From Macrostomum lignano (taxonomy: Eukaryota): DNA of 64,000 nucleotides. The notes under the pieces were generated by a model. The model searched no databases. It saw only the letters and a program-made list of their open reading frames with translations, and was not told where the DNA came from. The position numbers and the translations under genes were made by a program. Location of the stretch: the NCBI GenBank assembly GCA_002269645.1, contig NIVC01000810.1, forward strand, positions 1-64,000, written 5' to 3'. Positions 14,301 to 24,070 of the stretch are shown piece by piece; position 1 is the stretch's first letter; each line of letters begins with the position of its first letter.

Positions 14301-17300
14301 AAAGTCGGTGACAATTTCTTGTACTAAATAACTCAATTGCAGAGTCTTTTGCTTAGGGATTAAAAAGAAATCTTTGCTTTTCAAATAAAATATACAAAGT
14401 TCCTTGCAAGGTTTGTCCTTATTTTATTTTGACATTCTTCAGTATTTAAATTCATTGAAGCCAAATCAAAGGACTTCCTAGGCTTGCTCTGTGTCGGTGG
14501 TCTTGGGGTCGGCCTGCAGGGTTTGAGCCTGTCGATGGAGATGGCTTCTTCATGACCAGGGCGGGACTCGATGATGAAAAACTTGGGAGTGCGCCGAATA
14601 ACTGGGTACGGTCCAGTTATTAACTGGGTACGGTTGGAAGAGTACGGCGCTTCCAACGGCTTCCTCACCCTGTCCACGCGGACCCAAACCTTGTCGGTCG
14701 ACCATAGCTCCAGAGGCACATGTTGTGGTGGACGGCATTCTTGGTCGCTGCTCCAAGAGGTGGTCCAAGCTCAGCTGAATGGAGTTAGTGTCTTTGTCGC
14801 TGACGATGACCCGTGGAAGCATCGGATGCTCGCCGGTGAGCCTGGTAAATGGGCTGAGGCCTGAATCGTCCGGCGCGACATGCATGGCGAGAAGTGCCAA
14901 TGGGAGGTTGTCGAGCCAGGCAGGACCGCGCGCCTTAAGCATCGTCTTCAGAGTCCTGTGGGCGCGCTCGATCTTCCCGTTGCACTGTGGGTGGTACGCT
15001 GTGGTGCGCAGACGGTGAAAACCCACGGTGGACGAGAGTGTCTCGAAGAGCTCGGATTCGAACTGTGGTCCTCTATCAGTGATAACGTACAGGGGCACTC
15101 CAAAGCGAGAAATCCAGGAAGAGATGAAAGCTGCTCCCACGCTTTGTGCTGTGACGGTCTCGAGTGGCGCGGCCTCTAGCCAGCCCGTGTTGCGGTCAAT
15201 CATGGTAAGGAGGTATCGAGGTGTAAGACCGCACTGAGTATCATGTTTCCTTTCGAGAACTGGAAGAGGGCCTACGATGTCGATGTGTAACCCGTGGAGG
15301 TTTCGCAGAGTACGCGACGGCCGTCTCCGAGTGGAAAGAAGCGGCAATGGTCTGATTCGGAGAGGTTTTCAACGACTTGCTGATCGGCGATTGCTGACAT
15401 GTCAGTTGGCGCTGCTCCCTGCTGGATGGCTGCTATGGCGGTCGGCTCGTCGAGTCTGGAAAGTGCATCGGCGACGACGTTGTCTGAGCCACGGATATAT
15501 TGAAATTCGGTGACGTATTCAGACAGGATGCGCATGTAGCGCTGGTTGCGGTCGGAGTTGCCGTGGGAGTTGTGCCGGAATGCCTGCTCGAGAGGCTTGT
15601 AATCCGTGAAGACCGTGACGTGCCTGCCCTCGATCAGGTTCCTGAAATGAAGCACGGCAAATTAAGCGGCTAGTAGCTCTCGATCAAATGCTGAATAGGC
15701 TCGCTGAGCGGCAGAGAGCTTTTTGCTGAACATGCCGATCAAGGTGGTTTGCTCTCCGACTGTCTGATGCAATGCAGCTCCGACACTGGTAGCCGAAGCA
15801 TCCGTGACCAGCTGATAGGCTGAGCAGTCTGGATCGGAGTGGTACAGCAGGAGACGCTCGGCAAGCTTCTTCTTGAGGTCGTCGAATGTGGCTTGGTGGA
15901 TGTCGCTCCATTGGTAGGATCGAGGAGACCGTAGTGCTGCGGTGAACAGATCCTGCAATGGGGCTGCGGTAGATGCGAAACCGGAGATGAAACGTCGGTA
16001 GAAACCGATCACGCCGAGGAAACGTCGCAGGGCAACAGCGTCGCGGGGAACCGGCCAGTTTTTGATGGTCTCGACCCTCGTTTCGAGAGGTCGGATTCCG
16101 TCGGCGGAAACGTGGTGGCCGAGAAAGGTGACTTCGCTCTTAAGGAAAACACACTTGCTGAGCTGAACCTTCAAGCCGTGATAAGCTAGGCGGGTCAACA
16201 CGGCTTCTAGATGTTGGAGATGCTCCTCCTCCGACCTCGAGTAGACCAGGTCATCCAAGTAGGCGATGACGCAAGACAGGCCGCGCAGGACGGAGTCGAT
16301 GAAGCGCTGGAAGGTCTGCGCGGCGTTGCGAAGTCCGAAGGGCATCCTAGTCCACTCAAAGAGGCCAAACGGCGGGATGATGGCAGTCTTGGCGATGTCC
16401 TCTTCCGCGATGGGGATCTGATGGTACGCGCGGACCAGATCGAGCTTGCTGAACACCGTCGCGCCATGGAGATAACGAGTGAAACTATGGATGTGTGGGA
16501 CCGGGTAGCTGTCTGGCTTGGTAGCGCCGTTTAGCGCTCGGTAGTCGCCACACGGTCGCCACTTGCCGGATGGCTTGCCATCTGATTTCTTCGGAACCAT
16601 GTGAAGTGGCGAAGCCCATGAACTCTTGGATGGACGGATGTACCCAGCATCGATGAGTTGCTGGAATTCGTCGCGAGCGATGCGAAGTTTCTCCGGATGA
16701 AGCTGACGCGCTCTGGCGTGCACTGGCTGATGTCCGCCGGTGTCGATCCTATGAACAGTGTCGTGCTTGATCACGTCCGCCGGCGGCAGCCGACCTCCCT
16801 CCACGTAGGTAAATGTATCCTGAAATCGGTCGATCAGCCGCCTGACGCGTGGATCGCAGTCTTCGGGGTAGTTCGGAGTGACGCTAAAGTTGCCGATAGT
16901 CGTCGTAGTGACAGGCAGCGGTGGAGTATGGAATGCAGTTGTCGGATCCACCAGCTGTCGAGCTTTGCAGTCTACCAAGAGACCGAAATGCGACAGAAAA
17001 TCGTAGCCAAGGATGGGGTGAACGACGGAGGCCACTATGAAAGTCCATCGATAGGCGCGACGCAGTCCTTTAATGGCGACTTCCAGGGAGATTTCGCCGA
17101 CAACAGGAATGGTCTCACCTGTGGCGGTGGTTAATCGGAATCCTGTTGCTTGGACATTATGGGATAAGTACTGCGGTGGGATGATAGACACTGCAGAACC
17201 AGTATCAACCAGGAACGGTAGGCGACGCGCATCGAAGATGAGGTCGACGACGAGACAAGGCTTGCGCGCCGCTTCGTCTGTGGCACTGCTCACTGCGGCG

Positions 17301-20300
17301 TCATGGGTAGTGCCTGGAAGTTTCCCTGGGCCGGACGTTCTGGTGAGTTCGAGCGGGATTGCACCGGAGTCCTCTCGTTGGGACCTAGGATGCGAGGCTG
17401 GCGACCACTGGATGAGCGCGGGAACTGGCACCAGCGTCTGCATGTGCGTGTTCGCGCACCGTAGTAGAGATGGCCCCTGCAGACTACTGGTTTTTGGCCT
17501 GGGTAGAAGGGCTCCATGCTGGATGTCAGCTGGGACTTCTGCCGTAGCCCCGATGTCTTTGAGTCGCCTGCCGTACTCTGAACTGCGTGGACGCGGTGGC
17601 CAGATGACTGCTGGATAGCCAGCATGGAGTCCGCGATGGAAGCGAGCCGTGCTGGATCTTCGTCCTGGAAACCGGACAGATGAAGGCGTAGCTCTGCCGG
17701 GAGGCAGCGGAGAAGCGTGACTTTGACCATGTCTGGGTTCTCCTTGATTTTGCATTGTGCCATCTTGGCCTGCAGCCGCTGTATGAAGATGCTGGGTTTG
17801 TGTCCTCCCAGGTCAGAGACGCTCATGACCTCGTTAATTCGCTCATGCTGACTCTTCTGGAGCATCTTCAGTACGGCTTGCTTCAGTGCGGTATAGTTGG
17901 CCGGAGTGTCCACAGACAATAAAACAGCTGCGATATCCTCTGGTAGCTGACAGATCAGGTGGTTGAACCGCGTTACCTCGGAGGTGATGTTCCGAAGGTC
18001 GAACTGAGCGTCCAACATCCGAAACCATGCGTCGGGGTTGCCACGAAAGAATGGCGGTACCTTGAGGGCTACCGCAGCTACCACAGGCTGGTCGACAGGT
18101 GCCGCCGCGACACTCGCTCCTTGTGTGGGCTGCTGGCTGACCCCGGAGGGCTGCTGGCTGACCACGGATGGTGTGTTGGTGCTTCCTTCCGCCATTGGAT
18201 CGTACACGCTGGATGAATTGAATGCTCTCAATTAAATGCTAATCAATTGGACGCCTCACCGGACCAATTTTAGTGGCTAAGAAATGAAGAAGGTAGAGTT
18301 AGGCGGTGGTTCGCCATTGTTTTTTCTTCTTTGGTTAGCACTTGAGTTGCTTGAATATCGAAGAGGCTTGGAGAAAAATGCTGGTTTGGCTACTGTATAT
18401 TTATACTATAATTTGACCTTCGGAAATTTCTGGAATCGTTCTAGAGCATTAAAACAAATTCTATAGTAAGTATCGTACGTACGGTATTCATATTTTGTAT
18501 GATGGCGAATTACAGTAATTAAATATTTAATGAGTAGAAACATTTACTACGAAATCAAAGATAGCTAGATAAAGAATTTTCTAGTATTTACCTCGTACTG
18601 TATTGCAGAATTTTCTGGAAATAAACATCATACGGTATAGAACTTTCGCGAAGATCACTACAGCAGAGCCGGGAGTGCAAAGACCAGGGACTTAAAATGC
18701 TTAGTGCCCGAATAGGAGAGACAATGAGACAACCAGGAGAGACAAGAGAACAATGGCAGCTGGCGGAGGGACTTAAGGAATGGCAGAAAAGTGTAACGTG
18801 CCAGAGGCAGATTGGATAGAAAGGGGGTAAATCCAGGACGCGGGAGAATCGGGAGAACAATGGGCGCAGTGCCAGGGACTTAAGGATTGGAAGGCAGAAG
18901 CCATCAAGACGTGGAGGGAGGCGATGAAGGGGCTAAAGGCGAGGGCCCGGGGAATTAGAAGCAAGGAGAAAAGGGGAAAACGCAGAGCGCACAAAGTGAA
19001 CAATAAAAAGTAAATAGAAAAAAAATGCAAGCAGAAAAAAGTGCTCGAGGCCCTGGCATCGAGCACATAGAGCAGCTGGGAGAGACCCGTTCTTCAAATC
19101 GTATTTTGCATAAAAATACTGCAGGATGCGAGGTAGAGATGCTTTACCAATGCGCTAAAAGTTGCCATTCTTCAAGAGTGATAGTAAATCCACTCAATTT
19201 TTCCAGTGACGCAACTCACTCTAAATTGGTAGAGATTGATCACGTGTACTCAGGGGTGTACAGCGCCCCAGCTTTCTGTAATCGTCATGTATGTACACAT
19301 ACACTAAGCCTTCGGAGTGGAGAGAATGGAGAGCCAATCAGAAGGCAGCGAGCCAATCAGAAGAAAAATAACAAGACGAAACTAGACTGAGAGAAAACTG
19401 AGTAAACAGAGACAAGTGAAGGTAAATTAAGAAATGACTAAGAAAGTTGCGACAATGTCAAAGGAAATTTCTCCTCTCCAGTAGTTTCCTTCCTAGTCAA
19501 GTTTTTTCATATTTAGTCTCATTGCTAGCCCAGGTTATTCATATTTTCTTTCACTGGCCCTACTTACAAAAATTATACACTTCCCCCTTTAACATAGACT
19601 TGCTAAAAACATATAATTATTCTAGGCTTATAACAATCATAAAAAGCTTTTAAAAAGCAAAAAAGACGGATTTTATGTATGACTTCGCTTTAGTCTCCTT
19701 GCAGTGCATACAGATGGCTGCGGCTGAACTCGTTGCAGGTTCCGCCATGCGTCTCGCTTGCTGGGAGTTCTCTAGGTGGCACTTCTTGTGCTTTGATATG
19801 TTGGATACACTGTCGCTGTTCAGGCAGTAAGGGCACATTCCTCTTTTGGCACCCATGCATTCTTTCTTTGGTTTCTCAGATTTGCCAGAGTCGATACTAC
19901 GTCCCCACATTTCTCACAGCGTTTCCAGTCAGCTCTCCTTGTGCGATACTTCGCTAGCTGGTGACGTTTTAGTCCTCCTTTGGTCCTGCATTTCAGACCG
20001 CATATTTCACACTTTGTGCTTGCGTCAGTCATAGGCTGGTGATAGGGTATTTTTGTTACCGCATTACGGTTTTCTGTGTGCGCGTCTATGCTTGCCACCT
20101 CGTGTAGGTGTCCACAGCATCGACAAGCTCACACAGGGCTCGGCGGAGCTGAAGTCGCTCTCAGTATCTTCGTGGGAGGCCGTTTTTTGCATTCGCGTTT
20201 TCTCCTTTTCCTGAAGTTCCAAACTGAACTCGTCAAGGAAAGCTGTATCTAATTCAGGCAACACCAGGAACATCTTCAGAAGAGGGGCAGCCTTATACAG

Positions 20301-23300
20301 CACTTCCTCTTGCTCTGCCACCTCCAAAGAAATAATGCGAGCTTGCTTTTGATCCTCAGCCGGATTTCAATTAACAACATTGGTTTCATGCTGTTTGATT
20401 AACCTCGAGCCGTAAATAGTTTAACCCGTCTTATACTGCAGGTTATACAAACTTCATGCACATATGATGGCCAGCGTACCCTGAAGAGAATTAAACAAAA
20501 TTTGTCTTCAATGGGACAGTGGAAAAGTTCTGTCCGTCTATCCAACTCACCAGACAATTCTATTTAATGTATTTGCACACAGGCGCAAGTGTTTACACGT
20601 TGCATGTATGTTTCAATGCGTAAGAACATTATGTTCTTACTAAAAGTAGTATAAAAAGCTGATAACATTCCCGTATATCTTCTAAGTCTGTGTTGTTGAG
20701 CTTTTGCTGGGCTAAGCCTAAAAATCGCCTTAAATCCTTTCCTCACTGCTAAACCGCTCAGGCAGCCGGAGTTTACCCAGCTCGACCTTGAAATGTCCTT
20801 CGCCGATGACTCGGACATTCGGCCGCTAGTCGAGGCCGCCCTATTAGCCGCCTGGCCGACCGAGTTCAACGGCGAGCGGCTGCCACGGCCGCCCAGCCAG
20901 CCGTTCCAGCGAATCTCCTACGCCGACGCCATGCTTCGCTACGGCACAGACAAGCCCGACACCAGGTTCGGACTGACAGCACAGCGATGGACTTTGCCAT
21001 CGTCGGTTACTGTTGTCGGCTTTCGCGTCAGCGCCGACGAGCTGACCGATGGTCGACAATTGACTCTGCCGTCTGTTGATGCGCTTCGACAGGCCTTGGC
21101 TGAGTTGCCGCTTGCCGCCGGCTGGCAACTCAGCGATGGGAAAACTTTTCGAAATGAGACTCTCGTGGGACTGGCTGACTGCTGCGGTGTGGCTGACAGC
21201 GATCTGGTGAGCGAATTTTAATATTAATAATGATAATAATTGCAGAAAGGTTGTGAGCTCCCTGGCGCAACGCCTTCTCAATGGAACTCCTTCTCATAGA
21301 TCTCATTGGAATCTCCATATAGATCTTACTGGAATCTCCCTATAGATCTCACTGGAATCTCCCTATGGATCTCATTGGAATCTCCCTATAGATCTCATTG
21401 GAATCTCCCTATAGATTTCATCGGAATCTCCCTATAGATCTCATTGGAATCTCCACATAGATCTCACTGGAATCTCCATATAGATCTCACTGGAATCTCC
21501 CTATAGATCTCACTGGAATCTCCCTATGGATCTCATTGGAATCTCCCTATAGATCTCTTTCGAATCCTCCTCATAAATCTTATCTAAAATCTCCCTATAG
21601 ATTTTATCTACAGTCTTTTCATATATTTCATTTAACGAGAATCTCATAGAATCTCCCCTTGTGTGTCTAGATCTAATCTCTAATCTCCGCCTTCAATATC
21701 TAGATCTCATCTGGAATCTCGTCATGTCCTTCCCAACTACCCCATTTTTGTCGTTGCCATTGTAATTTTGCCATTTTCCCACCTTTTGTCATATCTAGAT
21801 CCACTTTTATAGCCATACCGTGCGTGAACATTTGGTGCACCCCAGTGTCTCTCGCTCATGTAATTCTGTGTCTGTTTATCACTCATAACCCTCACCTCAT
21901 CACTCGGTCTATCCTCACCCCGCCACAGGTGCTGCACGGCCCAGAATCCCAGATTGGCTCGCAGGTGGCCGCCGCTCGATTGGCCCTCCACTCCGCCCTG
22001 GTTTCAACGGGTTCGCTGCCTGCCTTGGACTGGCGCGACTGGCGCCTAATCTGGGTCGACCAGTTCCCCCTGTTCGAGGCCGACAATGACTCCAATAGCC
22101 GGCTGCGCAGCTGCCATCATCCGTTCACCGCTCCGGTGCCAGAGCATCTGGATGGATTATTGTCCGGCGAGCTGCCGCCTGCCGAGGTGATCGGCCGGCA
22201 CTTTGATCTGGTGTGCAACGGCTGCGAGCTGGGCGGCGGTTCGGTTCGGATTCACGATCCCCGATTGCAGAAACTGGTGCTAGAAAAAGTGATTTGCTAG
22301 CTTGGATTGTTGCTATCGGGCTTCGGTATTGGAAGTGGAGTTAGGATGCGAGATACAGATTGTGAGATTTTAAAGCAACACCGCGGAATTCAGAAATTAA
22401 GTAATCTGAATTTTAGAAGCTAAGAAAAAGTATTTGGAATCCAGAATTGATTTAAAATCCTAAAAATAAGACTCGGAACTCAGAGAGTGAAACTCTGAAC
22501 CCTAAAAATGAGACTCGGAATCCTAAAAGTGAGATTCGGGACCCTAAAATTGGGATTCATGACTCTAAAATTGAGATTCGGAACCCTAAAAGTGTGATTC
22601 GGGACCCTAAAAGTGGAATTAGGAACCCAGAAAGTGAGACTCGGAACCCTAAAAGTGAGACTCGGAATCCTAAAAGTGAGATTTGGGACCCTAAAAGTGA
22701 GATTCGGGACCCTAAACGTGAGATTCGGGACCCTAAACGTGAGATTCGGGACCCTAAAAGTGGGATTCGGAACCCTAAAAGTGAGATTCGGGACCCTAAA
22801 AGTGGGATTCGGAACCCTAAAAATGAGATTCGGAACCCTAAAAGTGAGACTCGGAATCCTAAAAGTGAGATTTGGGACCCTCAAAGTGAGATTCGGGACC
22901 CTAAACGTGAGATTCGGGACCCTAAAAGTGAGACTCGGAATCCTAAAAGTGAGATTCTGGACCCTAAAAGTGGGATTCGGAACCCTAAAAGTGAGACTCG
23001 GAACCCTAAAAGTGAGACTCGGAACCCTAAAAGTGAGATTCGGGACCCTAAAAGTGGGATTAGGAACCCAGAAAGTGAGATTTTGAACTCGGACAGTGAG
23101 ATTCGGAAGCCCCAAAAGGTAAAATTGAGATTTGTAGGTCCAAAAAAAGATTTGGAATAAAAAAATCGATTTATTTACAATCTTGTTAATAGTGTCAATC
23201 GTATTACAAACCCAGGTTCTTGGCCTCGACCCGGAACCGATGCGTCACCTTATCGAGGCTCTGGGCCACGGTGCTCCTCCGCATGTTGGCATCGCTCTGG

Positions 23301-23479
23301 GCGTTGACCGGCTGGTGAGCCTGCTAACCGGGGCCGACTGCATTGCCGACTGCATGGCCTTTCCCAAGACCCAAGAGGGCCGCTGCCTGCTCAGCGGGGC
23401 GCCCGCTCTTATCGATGCCAACACTTTGGATTACTACCGACTGCGGCCGGCTGCTGAACAAACTGATTGTTCTAACTAA
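2359..23479 (+). CDS. DARS2: Mitochondrial aspartyl-tRNA synthetase; exons 2359-2581, 3111-3352, 3632-3946, 20762-21206, 21929-22288, 23216-23479
   Basis: Motifs [72 protein letters not shown], (CYRDE)..DR|[59 protein letters not shown]. Splice phases are consistent across all junctions; intron 2 is GC-AG. Exons 1 and 3 need small frameshift corrections. The N-terminal Arg/Ser/Leu-rich leader fits a mitochondrial presequence. Confidence 0.92.
2616..3079. repeat. ~31-nt minisatellite (GTCCGAATCTTCCCGATTCCGAAATCATTGT) in DARS2 intron 1
   Basis: About 15 degenerate tandem copies. Confidence 0.9.
4020..5790 (-). mobile_element. 5'-truncated, degenerate non-LTR retrotransposon (LOA/R1-like) with RT thumb, RNase H and CCHC knuckle
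   Basis: [34 protein letters not shown]; RNase [30 protein letters not shown]; LTGH..CPFCE..HFVCHCP; many frameshifts. Confidence 0.8.
6400..7790 (-). mobile_element. Degenerate CMC/EnSpm-like DNA transposon fragment
   Basis: [60 protein letters not shown]; accessory-ORF-like FPVVQF..W..CYWP at 6697-7005; multiple stops. Confidence 0.7.
7860..8950 (-). mobile_element. Internal fragment of a non-LTR retrotransposon reverse transcriptase (I/R1/Jockey group)
   Basis: [49 protein letters not shown]; truncated at both ends and frameshifted. Confidence 0.82.
10470..11250 (-). mobile_element. Degenerate DDE transposase C-terminal fragment (Transib/Chapaev-like)
   Basis: [46 protein letters not shown] read across frameshifts; superfamily assigned from motif memory. 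Confidence 0.5.
11529..11760 (+). mobile_element. Putative CACTA-type terminus (CACTGTAAA) with GGTCC subterminal repeat field
   Basis: CACTGTAAA at 11529-11537 followed by roughly 15 GGTCC/GGACC motifs and an 11-bp hairpin at 11596-11623; partner TIR not found. Confidence 0.4.
13360..14476 (-). mobile_element. AT-rich CMC/EnSpm-like transposase fragment
   Basis: [54 protein letters not shown]; frameshifted. Confidence 0.75.
14476..18270 (-). mobile_element. Ty3/gypsy LTR retrotransposon internal region (gag ~18195-17290; pol PR-RT-RNaseH-IN ~17326-14476), defective
   Basis: Gag [14 protein letters not shown] and [18 protein letters not shown]; protease [10 protein letters not shown]; [29 protein letters not shown]; RNase [15 protein letters not shown]; integrase [29 protein letters not shown]; candidate PBS TGGTCCGGTGAGGCGT at 18266-18251; no LTR pair found. 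Confidence 0.93.
19650..20330 (-). pseudogene. Degenerate C2H2 zinc-finger coding fragment
   Basis: [42 protein letters not shown] spread across shifting frames. Confidence 0.45.
21290..21565. repeat. 23-nt minisatellite (TGGAATCTCCCTATAGATCTCAC) in DARS2 intron 4
   Basis: About 11 tandem copies. Confidence 0.9.
22485..23110. repeat. 21-nt minisatellite (GAGATTCGGGACCCTAAAAGT) in DARS2 intron 5
   Basis: About 30 tandem copies; source of the 7-aa-repeat ORFs. Confidence 0.95.
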
Positions 23480-23482
23480 TAG

Positions 23483-24070
23483 GTGTTTTATTGCCCTGGG
23501 TAAAGAGGTGGGGTGGTTGTGCGGCAGTGTTTTATTGCCCTGGGTAAAGAGGTGGGGTGGTTGTGCGGCAGTGTTTTATTGTCCTGGATAAAGAAGTGGG
23601 GTGGTTGTGCGGCAGTGTTTTATTGTCCTGGATAAAGAAGTGGGGTGGTTGTGCGGCCAGTGTTTTATTGTCCTGGATAAAGAAGTGGGGTGGTTGTGCG
23701 GCCAGTGTTTTATTGTCCTGGATAAAGAAATGGGGTGGTTGTGCGGCCAGTGTTTTATTGTCCTGGATAAAGAAGTGGGGTGGTTGTGCGGCAGTGTTTT
23801 ATTGTCCTGGATAAAGAAGTGGGGTGGTTGTGCGACAGTGTCTTCTTGTCCTGGATAAAGAAGTGGGGTGGTTGTGCGGCCAGTGTTTTATTGTCCTGGA
23901 TAAAGAAGTGGGGTGGTTGTGCGGCAGTGTTTTATTGTCCTGGATAAAGAAGTGGGGTGGTTGTGCGACAGTGTCTTATTGTCCTGGATAAAGAAGTGGG
24001 GTGGTTGTGCGGCAGTGTTTTATTGTCCTGGATAAAGAAGTGGGGTGGTTGTGCGGCAGTGTTTTATTTT
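23483..24070. repeat. 44-45-nt minisatellite immediately after the DARS2 stop codon
   Basis: GTGTTTTATTGTCCTGGATAAAGAAGTGGGGTGGTTGTGCGGC(C)A, about 13 copies. Confidence 0.95.

Noticed and set aside
18270-19010. Possible 5' LTR of the gypsy element
   Set aside because: No matching copy beyond the pol 3' end and no clear TG..CA boundaries, so it cannot be supported.
22485-23110. CCCTAAA (plant telomere-like) inside the 21-nt unit
   Set aside because: It is a single heptamer embedded in a longer unit and never tandem; likely coincidental.
2359-23479. Bacterial aspS or horizontal transfer interpretation
   Set aside because: Spliceosomal introns and a presequence-like leader indicate the nuclear-encoded mitochondrial enzyme.
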